From a virus (Duplodnaviria > Caudoviricetes), in IMG/VR virus record IMGVR_UViG_3300027804_000088, positions 1 through 47,694 of that record: a stretch of DNA of 47,694 nucleotides, one strand, 5' to 3'. Shown in pieces: positions 1 to 10,023 of this stretch. A model generated the notes under the pieces. That model was given only the letters and a program-made list of their open reading frames with translations. It was not told where the DNA came from and made no database searches. Numbering within the stretch: position 1 is the first letter of the stretch; each line of letters starts with the position of its first letter. Position numbers and translations under genes: made by a program.

Positions 1-1032
1 TATAACATACAACGTCAAAGGAGATTTATATGTCAAATCCAACAAGATTTTCAAATGGTGTATCTACAAATGATGCACAGTATTTAATGGGTGATTATCC
101 ATTACCAAGTCCATTTACTTCAAGTGGTTCACGTTTAACAGGTGTTGCTCAGTATGCAAATGATTTTACAGAAACAGTTGCAGAGTATACTGTAACAGGT
201 ACTTCTTCAACATTTGCTTTAACAGATGGTAATGGTGGTATTGCAGTTCTAACACCAGGTGGTACAACAACAGCATCAGCTGCTTACAAAACAGCATCTA
301 ATGTTGCTTTTGTTGCAGGTAATGCTGTATGGTTCTCAACAAGAATTAAAGCTTCAGCAGTATCAGGTGCAAAAGCATTCTATGTAGGTTTAAGAAATGG
401 TTCTGCTACAACAAACGGTTTATGGTTTGCTAAAGCTGCTTCATCAACATCAGTTAACTTAGTTTCTACAGTAGGCTCAACAGCAACTACATTAGTAACA
501 GGTGTTGCAACAGCAGTAGCTGATACATACCTTGAACTAGGTTTTTATTTTGATGGTGTAGATCTTTATGTTTATAATAATAATCTACTTGTAGCTAGAG
601 TAGCAGCACCAACAATTGGTACTTCAGGTACAACTTTAACTAGTGTTGCTTTAGGCCCAGTAATGCAAGTTACTCCTACAGCTACAGATACATTAACTGT
701 TGATTACATCCTAGCATCTACTGAAATTACAAGATAATAGGAGAATAACATGGCTAATTCAGTTCAGATTCAAACGTTAGTTGATAGTGAACGTAATTTA
801 GTTGTTAAGTTAGTAGGACTTTTAGATACAAGTAACGTAAGTTTAGCAACCTTAATTGACCCAGCACTTCTTGCTTCAGTTAATTCTACAGGTCTAAACT
901 CACAAAAACCTACTAAAGTAGCAATTAAAAAAGTAACTTATGACGTAGAAGATGGCTTAGCTGTTAACCTTTATTGGGATGCTACAGCAGATGTACCTAT
1001 CTGGAGATTTGTAGGTAGGGGATTTGTAATGG
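1..1032. repeat. Left copy of 1032-bp terminal overlap (circular or permuted assembly), imperfect match to 46663-47694
   Basis: Same sequence at offset 46662 (ORF 30..737 vs 46692..47399), with scattered substitutions. Confidence 0.95.
30..737 (+). CDS. Putative virion structural/decoration protein (Thr/Ala/Gly-rich, beta-rich)
   Basis: 235 aa, AAGGAG RBS, follows the capsid gene on the circular map. Confidence 0.55.
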   Translation: MSNPTRFSNGVSTNDAQYLMGDYPLPSPFTSSGSRLTGVAQYANDFTETVAEYTVTGTSSTFALTDGNGGIAVLTPGGTTTASAAYKTASNVAFVAGNAVWFSTRIKASAVSGAKAFYVGLRNGSATTNGLWFAKAASSTSVNLVSTVGSTATTLVTGVATAVADTYLELGFYFDGVDLYVYNNNLLVARVAAPTIGTSGTTLTSVALGPVMQVTPTATDTLTVDYILASTEITR

Positions 1033-1166
1033 GAGAACAAGTAGGTTTCTTACAAAACAATGCTGGTGCAGGTGTAAATGGCAAAGTTTTATATGATACA
1101 GACGGTTATTCATCAGGCTCATTATCATTCAGTTTACTAATTGAATGTATTAAGCAATGGAGTTAA
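750..1166 (+). CDS. Putative structural protein
   Basis: 138 aa, AGGAG RBS, in the structural operon. Confidence 0.5.
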   Translation: MANSVQIQTLVDSERNLVVKLVGLLDTSNVSLATLIDPALLASVNSTGLNSQKPTKVAIKKVTYDVEDGLAVNLYWDATADVPIWRFVGRGFVMGEQVGFLQNNAGAGVNGKVLYDTDGYSSGSLSFSLLIECIKQWS

Positions 1167-1167
1167 T

Positions 1168-1518
1168 ATGGAAGAGATCATAGGATTATTGTTCCATGCA
1201 CGTAATGTTACCCACAAGGAACATTTAAAAACTAAAAGTTATGCAGCGCATAAAGCTCTTGGTAATTTTTATGAAGAAGTTATTGAACTAGCCGATGATC
1301 TTGCAGAAGCTTATCAAGGGGATGAAGGCATTATGGCAGACATCCCTTTGTTTGCTACTACACCAACAGAGCCTATTGATGACTTTTTAGTTAAGCAAGT
1401 AAACATGATTGAGAAATTACGTCACTCTGCTTCTTCTAGATCAGCTATTCAAAATATCATTGATTCAATCCTTGCTTTATATTTAAGTACTATTTATAAA
1501 CTAAAGAACTTATCATGA
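1168..1518 (+). CDS. Ferritin/Dps-like four-helix protein (DUF5856-like)
   Basis: H..HL...SYAAHKALGNFYE.....ADDLAEAYQG resembles the Dps/ferritin-like metal ligand pattern. ATG at 1168 follows GGAG. Confidence 0.6.
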   Translation: MEEIIGLLFHARNVTHKEHLKTKSYAAHKALGNFYEEVIELADDLAEAYQGDEGIMADIPLFATTPTEPIDDFLVKQVNMIEKLRHSASSRSAIQNIIDSILALYLSTIYKLKNLS

Positions 1519-1670
1519 TCACTTCTGAAGCTAAAGTAAAACAAATGGAAATATCTGCTCGTATTGTTCGGGCAGATGGTTCTATTGAAGAACTTGGAAC
1601 AATTCAATATTGGCACAAGAATCCACTTAAACGATTATTATGGAGAATTAAAAAATGGCTACATTATTAG
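1515..1670 (+). CDS. Small hypothetical protein (51 aa, MITSEAKVKQ...WLHY), not in ORF track
   Basis: ATGA overlap with the upstream stop, fills the gap between genes. Confidence 0.7.
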   Translation: MITSEAKVKQMEISARIVRADGSIEELGTIQYWHKNPLKRLLWRIKKWLHY

Positions 1671-2023
1671 TCAATACTGGTAAGGCAATTGTAACAAATT
1701 ACCTTGCTGGTGGTGCTGCTACACAACCTAAGTATGTTGCTTGGGGTACAGGTGCTGGTACTACTGCTGCTACTGATACTACTTTGTTTTCAGAAACAGG
1801 TTCACGTACAACTGGTACAGCAACACAACAAACAACATCTACAACTAATGACACATATCAAGTTATTGGTACATTAACTGCTTCAGGTACTGTAACTATT
1901 ACTAATGCAGGTTTGTTTGATGCTAATACATCTGGTAACTTATTTGTTAAAGGTGACTTTACAGGTATTGGTTTAACATCAGGTGACAGCATTCAGTTCA
2001 CTTTTAAAACTCAATTTAGTTAA
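1655..2023 (+). CDS. Tail/fibre-associated structural protein
   Basis: YVAWGTG...DTTL..E and ITNAGLFDA..SGNL motifs typical of phage tail-fibre N-terminal-like domains. Confidence 0.6.
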   Translation: MATLLVNTGKAIVTNYLAGGAATQPKYVAWGTGAGTTAATDTTLFSETGSRTTGTATQQTTSTTNDTYQVIGTLTASGTVTITNAGLFDANTSGNLFVKGDFTGIGLTSGDSIQFTFKTQFS

Positions 2024-2029
2024 TATGAT

Positions 2030-2917
2030 ATGGCTCTTAATCAAAGGGCAGTTAACGAAGAGGTCGTAAATGGTGGGCCAGTACAACGAAATGTAATTCT
2101 CGTTGCGTACATTTACGTCAATCAAGTTTATAGTTATGTTAGTGGGGCTATTAATAGTTTTTTCTTAAATGCAAATCCTATTAATAGTGCTTCCACTCAA
2201 GATACTTATTTAAATGCAAGTATTACTAAACAGTTTAATAAAACATTATTAACTAGTTTAGCTAACGTAGTAACAATAGTAGCAGCGTTTGCTTATGGTA
2301 GATTACTATCTGTAGTATCTACTTCAACCTCAGCTATTACTAAAGCTATAAGTACTACAAAAACTGTTATAAGTACAGTTACAACTACTTTATCTAAACT
2401 TATTAGTAAATTTATTACTGATATACAAGTAGTAACTGCTACTATACTTACAGCTACTAATAGGTTAATTACTTTATTAGCTTATTCATCATCTTCAGTT
2501 AGTCTTACTAAAAGTATAGATAAAATTATACCTTTAGTAACATCTTCTGTAATAGCCTCTATTTCTTTTATAAAGAGCTTTTTAAAAGATATTACAGCTT
2601 CAGTTAGTTCAACAGTTATTTTATTATCAGGTAGGTTCTATTATAGACTTTTATCTGTAGTTTCAAGTGTAACTGCTATATTACAAAATACTATACCAAA
2701 AACCTTGACAATTTCTGTAAATTGTGTTATTATATTAAGTAAGCTTATTAATAAATATATTAATGCTACTTCTACAGCAATTGCAAGTTTACTTGCTAAT
2801 GCAGTATCTTTTATTAACTACCCAGTAGATAGACTTATCTATGCTGCTGATAAAATTAGAGAAGTTACTGTAATCAAATTCAGAACAATATTTATTGATA
2901 AGGATACTCGTGTATGA
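2030..2917 (+). CDS. Repetitive Ser/Thr/Ile-rich structural protein
   Basis: 295 aa with roughly 22-residue quasi-repeats (ITKQFNKTL, ITKAISTTK, LSKLISKFI, LTKSIDKII, LSKLINKYI). Confidence 0.5.
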   Translation: MALNQRAVNEEVVNGGPVQRNVILVAYIYVNQVYSYVSGAINSFFLNANPINSASTQDTYLNASITKQFNKTLLTSLANVVTIVAAFAYGRLLSVVSTSTSAITKAISTTKTVISTVTTTLSKLISKFITDIQVVTATILTATNRLITLLAYSSSSVSLTKSIDKIIPLVTSSVIASISFIKSFLKDITASVSSTVILLSGRFYYRLLSVVSSVTAILQNTIPKTLTISVNCVIILSKLINKYINATSTAIASLLANAVSFINYPVDRLIYAADKIREVTVIKFRTIFIDKDTRV

Positions 2918-3225
2918 GTGCTGCTTTTTCGTACAAAATAACTACAGAAAATGAACAGTTTACGTTTGACTTCTCACCTATAATGGCTTCAAGTGAGACT
3001 ATAAGTTCTGCTACTTGTACAGTTGAAGTTGTATCAGGCACTGATTCTAGCCCTAATTCTATTAAAGTAGGTAGTCCTACTATTAGTGGGCAACAGGTAG
3101 CTCAAAGAATTACAGGTGGTTTAGATGGTGTTATTTACCGTCTTGAAATGACAGCTACTACATCTTTAACTAATGTATATACTATTGTAGCAGACCTTCC
3201 AGTATTAGCTCCTCTTAACGTTTAG
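2914..3225 (+). CDS. Small beta-sandwich tail/fibre adaptor protein
   Basis: F.FDFS...ETISSAT...I.GG.DG..Y pattern, in the structural operon. Confidence 0.5.
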   Translation: MSAAFSYKITTENEQFTFDFSPIMASSETISSATCTVEVVSGTDSSPNSIKVGSPTISGQQVAQRITGGLDGVIYRLEMTATTSLTNVYTIVADLPVLAPLNV

Positions 3226-3234
3226 GAGAATCTC

Positions 3235-3588
3235 TTGAGTTATACCTCTAGATATGACAAAGGAGACTGGATAGCAGACTGTGATGTCTGTGGTCGTAAG
3301 TACAAAGCTAGTGCATTAAGCGAACGTTGGGATGGTTTAATGTGTTGTGATGATGACTGGGAGATCCGTCAACCACAAGACTTTGTAAGAGGTGTTCCTG
3401 ATACTCAGATAGCTCCTTGGTTACGACCAGAGCCTCCTGATCAGTTTATAACCTTTGCATTTACATTCCCAGCAGTACTTATTCCAGTAACCGAGACAGT
3501 AACTCTTAGTACCTTAGTATCACCAAATCCACTTAAATCAACCACAGCTATTAATGGCTCAGCTTTAAACACTATTACTTTAGGATAA
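3235..3588 (+). CDS. Conserved phage protein with Cys motif (CDVCG...L...WDGLMCC...E.RQPQ)
   Basis: TTG start after AGGAG. The motif is common in podovirus head-tail regions. Confidence 0.6.
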   Translation: MSYTSRYDKGDWIADCDVCGRKYKASALSERWDGLMCCDDDWEIRQPQDFVRGVPDTQIAPWLRPEPPDQFITFAFTFPAVLIPVTETVTLSTLVSPNPLKSTTAINGSALNTITLG

Positions 3589-3592
3589 TATT

Positions 3593-4471
3593 ATGGCAGG
3601 ATTAAATTTATTTACCAATAATGCAGCAACCACACTAGCTTCTAGTATTCTAGTAGGTGCTACTTCATTAACAGTAACAGCAGGGCAAGGAGCTTTATTT
3701 CCTACTTTAGCTGGATCAGCATATTTTTACTGTACTCTTTCTAATACTGCAGGTACTACAATTGAAATTGTTAAAGTAACTGCTAGATCAACAGATACAT
3801 TCACAATTGTAAGAGCTCAAGATAATACAACTGCATCAGCATTTAGTGCAGGTGATAAAGTTGAACTTCGTTTAACTGCTATTGATTTACAAAACTTTCC
3901 TCAATTAGATTCTACTAATACCTTTGCATTAGCTCAAACATTTAGTACACCAATTGCAGTAGGTTCTGGTGGTACTGGTGCTTCTACATTAGCAGGTGCA
4001 AATATTCCTGTTACAAGTGCAAATAATACATTTACAGGTACTCAAACATTTACAGGTTCAACAACAGCTATCGCTGCAGTATTCCAAGATGCAGCAGAAG
4101 TCGCAACAGTATCAGCTACAGCAGCTACAGGTACTATCAACTATGATGCAACTTCACAGTCTGTGCTATACTATACAACAAACGCAAGTGCTAACTGGAC
4201 AGTAAACTTTAGAGCTTCAAGCGGTACATCTTTAGATACTCTTATGTCAACAGGTCAAGCTATTACATTAGTATTCCTAGTGTCACAAGGTGCAACAGCT
4301 TACTATAACAATGCAATCACTATTGACGGTACTTCAGTTACACCTAAATATCAAGGTGGCACAGCATGGACAAGTGGTAATGCTTCAGGTATAGATGCTT
4401 ACTCATATACCATTGTTAAAACAGGTTCAGCAGCATTTACAGTATTTGCAGCACAAACACAATTCAAATAG
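3593..4471 (+). CDS. Tail fibre-like protein
   Basis: N-terminal NNAATTLA...EIVKVTARSTDTFTIVRAQDNT domain, GGTGA repeat and C-terminal fibre-tip-like domain. Confidence 0.7.
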   Translation: MAGLNLFTNNAATTLASSILVGATSLTVTAGQGALFPTLAGSAYFYCTLSNTAGTTIEIVKVTARSTDTFTIVRAQDNTTASAFSAGDKVELRLTAIDLQNFPQLDSTNTFALAQTFSTPIAVGSGGTGASTLAGANIPVTSANNTFTGTQTFTGSTTAIAAVFQDAAEVATVSATAATGTINYDATSQSVLYYTTNASANWTVNFRASSGTSLDTLMSTGQAITLVFLVSQGATAYYNNAITIDGTSVTPKYQGGTAWTSGNASGIDAYSYTIVKTGSAAFTVFAAQTQFK

Positions 4472-4481
4472 GAATTAGTTA

Positions 4482-7400
4482 ATGTCATTATTGTCACGCC
4501 TAGCAGTTCAAGCAGCCAGAGCATATGGTATTCTATCTGCTCGTAGTACAAACATATCTGCATCTTATCTCGTTGTAGCTGGTGGTGGGTCAGGTGGTGG
4601 CTCATGGTCTGCTGGTGGTGGCGGTGCAGGTGGTATGCTTGCATCAACAACTTCTTTATCTACTCTTAATACATATTCTATTACAGTAGGTGCAGGAGGA
4701 GCTTCTACATCTGGTGCTAATGGAACACAAGGAAATAACTCTGTAATATCTGGCACAGGATTATCTACTATCACATCTACTGGCGGTGGTTATGGAGCTG
4801 TAATTGGTGGCAATGGTGGTAACGGAGGTTCAGGTGGTGGTGCTGGTAGTAATGCAACAACATCAGGAGGAACTGCTACAGCAGGTCAAGGTAATAATGG
4901 TGGTTCTAACATTTATGCAGCTTCACCTTATCCGTCAGCTGGTGGTGGTGGCGCAGGTGCTGTGGGTGCTAATAGTACATCTACTACTTCAGGTGCAGGC
5001 GGTAACGGCTTATCATCTAGCATTTCAGGTTCAAGTGTGACCTATGCAGGTGGTGGAGGAGGTGGCGCTAATCAACTATATGGAGGAACTGCAGGAGCTG
5101 GTGGCACAGGAGGCGGGGGTGCTGGTGGATCACCAGGGTCAAATGGAACTCCAGGAACAACTAATACAGGCGGTGGCGGTGGAGGATGTGGAGCTACATC
5201 AGGCATAGGTGGACAAGGCGGTTCAGGCATAGTCATCATATCTTACGCATCTGCTACACCTAAATTCGTAGGTGGAACTCTTACTACTTCAGGTGGTAAC
5301 CAAATACATACATTTACATCTTCAGGCACATTAAGCCCTCTTACACCTGTAACAGCTAGTTATTTAGTCGTAGCTGGTGGTGGTGGTGGCGGTAGACAAT
5401 ATGGTGGTCAAGGAGCAGCGGGAGGTGGAGGTGCTGGTGGTCTTTTAACATCATCTACTACACTTTATTCAGGTGCAACCTATGTAGTTACTGTGGGTGC
5501 TGGTGGCGCTGGAGGTTCTAGTGCTGGTGCAGCTCCTAATGGTAGCGACTCAGTAATATCAGGAACAGGATTAACTACTTTAACTGCAACAGGCGGTGGT
5601 GGTGGAGCTGGTTCAAGTGGTTCAGGTGCATCAGGCGGTTCAGGCGGTGGTGGTCAAGGCGAAACTGCACCCAAAACAGGTGGTTCAGGAACTTCAGGAC
5701 AAGGTAATGCTGGTGGTGCAGGTGTAAATGCTGGTGGTGGTGGCGGAGGAGCGTCTGCTGCAGGTACAAGTGCTGTATTACAAGTTCCAGGTGTTGGTGG
5801 TGCAGGTACTGCATCTAGCATTTCAGGTTCTTCTGTAACTTATGCAGGTGGTGGTGGAGGTGGTGGTTACGGAACTAATACTGGTGGTGTAGGTGGAGCA
5901 GGTGGCGGAGGTCAAGGTCAAACAGGTAGTAGCACAACTCCAGCAGTTTCTGGTACAACCAATTTAGGTGGTGGTGGTGGCGGTGCAGGTTATGTTGCAA
6001 CAGGCAATTATAATGGTGGTGCAGGCGGTAGTGGAACAGTTATCATCTCATACGCTGGTTCACAAGTATTTAACGGTGGTCTAGTTACATCATCAGGTGG
6101 TAATACTATCCACACATTTACAGCTACAGGTGCTTTAACACCACTTACTAATAACCTAAACAATTCTTTAAGGTTTAGAGGAAGTAACTCTGCATACTTA
6201 AATAGAACACCAAGTGTTGCATCTAATAGAAAAACATGGACATGGTCTGCTTGGATAAAACTAGGCACTATTTCTGTAAATATGGGAACATTATTTGGCG
6301 CACAAGGACAAACTGCAATTTATCTTAATGATGGAACTAATTATAGCTTTCGTATAAATGGTGCTGCTGGTTCTGATTTAATTACAAATTTAATGCCACG
6401 AGACCCTGCTGCTTGGTATCATTTAGTAGTGGCTTGTGATACAACACAAGCAACAGAAGCAAATAGATTAAAGATATATGTAAATGGCAATCAACAAACT
6501 TCATTTCAAGCAGGTTCTGCATATCCAACATTAAATGGAGATACATATTTTAACAGCACAGCATTACATACAATAGGTAGAAGAAGCTGGAATAGCGACC
6601 AACAATTTGACGGTTACATGACTGACATTAACTTCATTGACGGTCAAGCACTAGAACCATATTACTTTGGTAACAATGACGCATACGGTAATTGGAAACC
6701 AATTAAATATACAGGTATGTATGGCACTAACGGTTTCTACCTAACATTTGGTAACACAACATCTACCACAACATTAGGCTACGATAGTTCACCTAACGGT
6801 AATAATTGGACTTGTAACAACATTAGCTTAACAGCAGGCACAACCTATGATGCTATGCTAGATGTTCCTACTAATACAAGTGCGACTGTAGGTAATTTCC
6901 CTGTATATGACCAATTAACGCCTTCAAGTATTTCAGGTTCAGCAGTAAGATCAATATCAGCAGGTAATTTATATGTAACTAATTCTGGTCCTAACGGTTG
7001 GTCAGCAATAGGCACAACTATGGTAATGACTTCAGGTTCAGGTAAATGGTATTGGGAAGTAACTTGTTCAGGAACTACATCTAACGGAACTATGATAGGT
7101 ATTCATAGACCATTTACATCAACATCTACATTCCCAAGTGCAATTCTTGGTTATACAGGTGATGCAGATGGATATGGTTATTATATGGGCGGTAATAAAT
7201 ATAATAATTCAGGTGCAGGTGTAGCTTATGGTGCATCTTATACTGCTGGTGATGTAATAGGTGTTGCATTAGATATGTCTACTGCTGGAAGTGCGTCTAT
7301 TACTTTCTATAAAAACAATACAAGCCAAGGTGTAGCATTTAGTTCACTTACAGGTGATTTCTTTGCAGCAGTTTCACAAGCACAATCAAATGGACTAGAC

Positions 7401-8507
7401 ATTAACTTTGGACAACGACCATTCTCATACACACCACCATCAGGCTTTGTAGCACTAAACACATTTAACCTGCCTACCCCTACCATATTACAGGGTAATA
7501 AGTATATGGATGCAACTGTTTATAGTGGAAGTAGCACAAGTGGAAGACTAATTACCAATGCAGCATTATTTCAACCTGACTTTGTATGGGTTAAAAATAG
7601 AACATTAGCTGGTCGTAATCATCAATTATTTGACTCTGTTCGTGGAGCTAATAAAGGACTATTTTCTAATTTAACAAATGCTGAAAGCACAACTACTCAA
7701 GATATTACAGCATTTAATTCTAATGGTTTTACTGTTGGAAATGATAATAATGTTAATAGCACAGGTGATAATTTTGTAGGTTGGCAATGGCAAGCTGGTC
7801 AAGGTTCAACATCATCTAACACGAGTGGTTCTATCACGAGTACTGTATCCGTAAACACAACTGCTGGGTTTAGTATTGTGACTTACACAGGAACAGGTGC
7901 TAATGCTACAGTAGGACATGGTTTAGGTGTTGCACCTAAAATGGTGATTGTAAAATGCAGAAGTGCAGCTTCTAGTGATTGGATGGTTTATCATGCGTCA
8001 GCAAATGCTAGTCCTGCTACAGGTGTATTGCAATTAAATACTACAATTGCTTTTACTGCAACATCTACTACTTGGAATAATACAGCTCCTACATCATCAG
8101 TATTTAGTGTTGGAACAAATAATCCAGTAAATCAATCTTCTCAAACATTTGTAGCCTATTGCTGGGCAGAAATAGCAGGGTTTAGTAAGTTTGGAAGCTA
8201 TGTCGGTAATGGTTCTACAGATGGAACTTTTGTATTTACAGGATTTAGACCAAAATATGTATTACTTAAATCTACAGGCGTAGAAAATTGGTTTGTGTTT
8301 GATAGCTCAAGAAATACTTATAATGTAACAACTGCTAGATTATACCCTGCGTTATCAAATGCAGAAGATACAAACTTAAACACATTGGATTTATTGTCTA
8401 ACGGATTTAAATTTAGAGATACAAATGCTGCGTGGAATAGTTCAGGACAAACTTATATATATGCCTGCTTTGCAGAAAACCCCTTTAAGAATAGTAACGC
8501 AAGATAA
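4482..8507 (+). CDS. Large glycine-rich tail fibre/adhesin with ConA/laminin-G-like and SPRY-like domains
   Basis: Two YLVVAGGG...SG.VIISY Gly-rich units, then WTWSAWIK/WYHLVVA (LamG-like) and GKWYWEV/GDVIGVALD (SPRY-like). Confidence 0.8.
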   Translation: MSLLSRLAVQAARAYGILSARSTNISASYLVVAGGGSGGGSWSAGGGGAGGMLASTTSLSTLNTYSITVGAGGASTSGANGTQGNNSVISGTGLSTITSTGGGYGAVIGGNGGNGGSGGGAGSNATTSGGTATAGQGNNGGSNIYAASPYPSAGGGGAGAVGANSTSTTSGAGGNGLSSSISGSSVTYAGGGGGGANQLYGGTAGAGGTGGGGAGGSPGSNGTPGTTNTGGGGGGCGATSGIGGQGGSGIVIISYASATPKFVGGTLTTSGGNQIHTFTSSGTLSPLTPVTASYLVVAGGGGGGRQYGGQGAAGGGGAGGLLTSSTTLYSGATYVVTVGAGGAGGSSAGAAPNGSDSVISGTGLTTLTATGGGGGAGSSGSGASGGSGGGGQGETAPKTGGSGTSGQGNAGGAGVNAGGGGGGASAAGTSAVLQVPGVGGAGTASSISGSSVTYAGGGGGGGYGTNTGGVGGAGGGGQGQTGSSTTPAVSGTTNLGGGGGGAGYVATGNYNGGAGGSGTVIISYAGSQVFNGGLVTSSGGNTIHTFTATGALTPLTNNLNNSLRFRGSNSAYLNRTPSVASNRKTWTWSAWIKLGTISVNMGTLFGAQGQTAIYLNDGTNYSFRINGAAGSDLITNLMPRDPAAWYHLVVACDTTQATEANRLKIYVNGNQQTSFQAGSAYPTLNGDTYFNSTALHTIGRRSWNSDQQFDGYMTDINFIDGQALEPYYFGNNDAYGNWKPIKYTGMYGTNGFYLTFGNTTSTTTLGYDSSPNGNNWTCNNISLTAGTTYDAMLDVPTNTSATVGNFPVYDQLTPSSISGSAVRSISAGNLYVTNSGPNGWSAIGTTMVMTSGSGKWYWEVTCSGTTSNGTMIGIHRPFTSTSTFPSAILGYTGDADGYGYYMGGNKYNNSGAGVAYGASYTAGDVIGVALDMSTAGSASITFYKNNTSQGVAFSSLTGDFFAAVSQAQSNGLDINFGQRPFSYTPPSGFVALNTFNLPTPTILQGNKYMDATVYSGSSTSGRLITNAALFQPDFVWVKNRTLAGRNHQLFDSVRGANKGLFSNLTNAESTTTQDITAFNSNGFTVGNDNNVNSTGDNFVGWQWQAGQGSTSSNTSGSITSTVSVNTTAGFSIVTYTGTGANATVGHGLGVAPKMVIVKCRSAASSDWMVYHASANASPATGVLQLNTTIAFTATSTTWNNTAPTSSVFSVGTNNPVNQSSQTFVAYCWAEIAGFSKFGSYVGNGSTDGTFVFTGFRPKYVLLKSTGVENWFVFDSSRNTYNVTTARLYPALSNAEDTNLNTLDLLSNGFKFRDTNAAWNSSGQTYIYACFAENPFKNSNAR
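4554..6146 (+). repeat. Tandem internal duplication of a Gly-rich domain (about 4554-5345 and 5349-6146)
   Basis: Both units start ASYLVVAGGG and end SGGN.IHTFT..G.L.PL, with shared DNA such as catctagcatttcaggttc. Confidence 0.8.
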
Positions 8508-8518
8508 CAGGAGAAAAC

Positions 8519-8887
8519 ATGGCACATTTTGCACAATTAAACGAAGAAAACCTAGTAACACAAGTCATCGTAGTTGCTAACCAAGACACAGCCGATCAAG
8601 ACGGTGTAGAGAACGAAGCTATTGGCATTGAATTCTGCACTAACTTACTTGGTGGCACTTGGAAACAAACATCTTACAATGGTAACATCCGTAAGAACTA
8701 TGCAGGTATTGGTTACAAGTATGATGCAACACTAGATGCATTCATACCACCACAACCCTATGCTTCATGGACATTAAATGAAACAACAGCACAGTGGGAA
8801 GCACCAACACCATATCCTACAGATGACAAACGTTATACATGGGATGAAGCAACAACATCTTGGGTTGAAGTAATACCTACTGAATAA
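8519..8887 (+). CDS. Fibre-associated conserved protein
   Basis: MAHFAQL...WKQTSYN..IRKNYAGIGY..D...DAFIPPQPY.SW pattern, commonly next to Gly-rich fibres. Confidence 0.65.
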   Translation: MAHFAQLNEENLVTQVIVVANQDTADQDGVENEAIGIEFCTNLLGGTWKQTSYNGNIRKNYAGIGYKYDATLDAFIPPQPYASWTLNETTAQWEAPTPYPTDDKRYTWDEATTSWVEVIPTE

Positions 8888-9252
8888 TGGATCCAATAAC
8901 AATCTTATCAGCTTTTGCTCCTGTAGTAATGGACTTAGGTAAGTCCCTTATTAATAAGTTTGTAGCACCAGATCAATTTAAACCTGCAACTATCGAGCAG
9001 TATGCTCAGATGAAACAGATTGACCTAGAGTTCTTTAAGGTCATGAATGATGCAGGATCTGGTACACCTAGCTATCCTTGGGTAGAAGCTGTTACAAGAT
9101 TAATGAGACCTATGATTGGTCTTATTGTATTAGCTACTTGGGCATATATGCATCTTAATGGTATTGCTACAGTAGAAGTAGATAACTTTGCTAGTGCTGT
9201 TGGTTTCTATTTGTTTGGTGAACGTAGCTTATTCTATATTAAAAAGAAATGA
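8887..9252 (+). CDS. Putative holin (membrane protein)
   Basis: Hydrophobic segments, ..RP.. and GFYLFGERS motif, basic C-terminus, directly upstream of the endolysin. Confidence 0.6.
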   Translation: MDPITILSAFAPVVMDLGKSLINKFVAPDQFKPATIEQYAQMKQIDLEFFKVMNDAGSGTPSYPWVEAVTRLMRPMIGLIVLATWAYMHLNGIATVEVDNFASAVGFYLFGERSLFYIKKK

Positions 9253-9680
9253 AACTTACACCTAACTTTAGTTTAGAAGAATTAACACACAGTGAAACTG
9301 CTGAACGATTAGGTTTAGACAACACTCCTAATGCAGATGTTAAAGCTAACTTAACAAGATTAGCTAGATTTCTTGAAGAAGTTCGTCGAGTGTTAGGCCG
9401 ACCTATAATGGTTAACTCTGCTTATAGATCTCAAGAAGTAAATAAATCTATAGGTAGTAAACCTACAAGTCAGCATTGTATTGGTTGTGCTGCTGATATT
9501 AAAGTACCAGGTTTAACACCTGACAATATTGTTAAAGAGATACTTAAAACAAACCTTGAGTATGACCAACTTATCCGAGAGTTTGATTCATGGGTACACA
9601 TATCCATTCCTAATAAGTTTGCAGATAAACCACGTAAACAAGTTCTAATTATAGATAAAGCCGGCACGCGTCCATATTGA
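9249..9680 (+). CDS. Endolysin, peptidase M15A family
   Basis: LTPNFSLEE, NSAYRS, SQH..GCAADI and WVHIS zinc-peptidase motifs. Confidence 0.9.
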   Translation: MKLTPNFSLEELTHSETAERLGLDNTPNADVKANLTRLARFLEEVRRVLGRPIMVNSAYRSQEVNKSIGSKPTSQHCIGCAADIKVPGLTPDNIVKEILKTNLEYDQLIREFDSWVHISIPNKFADKPRKQVLIIDKAGTRPY

Positions 9681-9684
9681 TTCT

Positions 9685-10023
9685 ATGAACTTAATTACAG
9701 TTGACACGTGTAAAGCAGTTTATAGAATGTTAAGTAATCTGCCACCTTTCAACAAGTATAAGTTACCAAGACCTTCCGAGATAGATTTTGTGGTTGTAGA
9801 TGATTCTGAAATATATGGACAATATACTCCTGAACCACATTGTATAATAATTAGTACCGCTAAACAAAGTCATTTACAAACTTTTGAGAGAACTATGGCA
9901 CATGAGATGGTGCATCTTATCATGTACCTTCAAGGTAAAAGATACGAACTTCATAACAAAACTTTCTATAAACTAATATATCAAATAGCCGATATCTACG
10001 GCTGGGAACCCAAGGACTTATAA
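9685..10023 (+). CDS. SprT-like HExxH metallopeptidase
   Basis: TMAHEMVHL...H...F motif. Confidence 0.65.
   Translation: MNLITVDTCKAVYRMLSNLPPFNKYKLPRPSEIDFVVVDDSEIYGQYTPEPHCIIISTAKQSHLQTFERTMAHEMVHLIMYLQGKRYELHNKTFYKLIYQIADIYGWEPKDL

Noticed and set aside
30-737. Diversity-generating retroelement (TR/VR pair) explaining the two variant copies
   Set aside because: There is no reverse transcriptase. The differences are not adenine-specific, are largely synonymous, and the copies sit at the contig ends.
4565-6268. Alternative-frame and antisense ORFs in the Gly-rich fibre gene, and similar ones inside RNR, helicase, polymerase and terL
   Set aside because: They are shadows of biased codon usage in long real genes and lack convincing RBSs or motifs.
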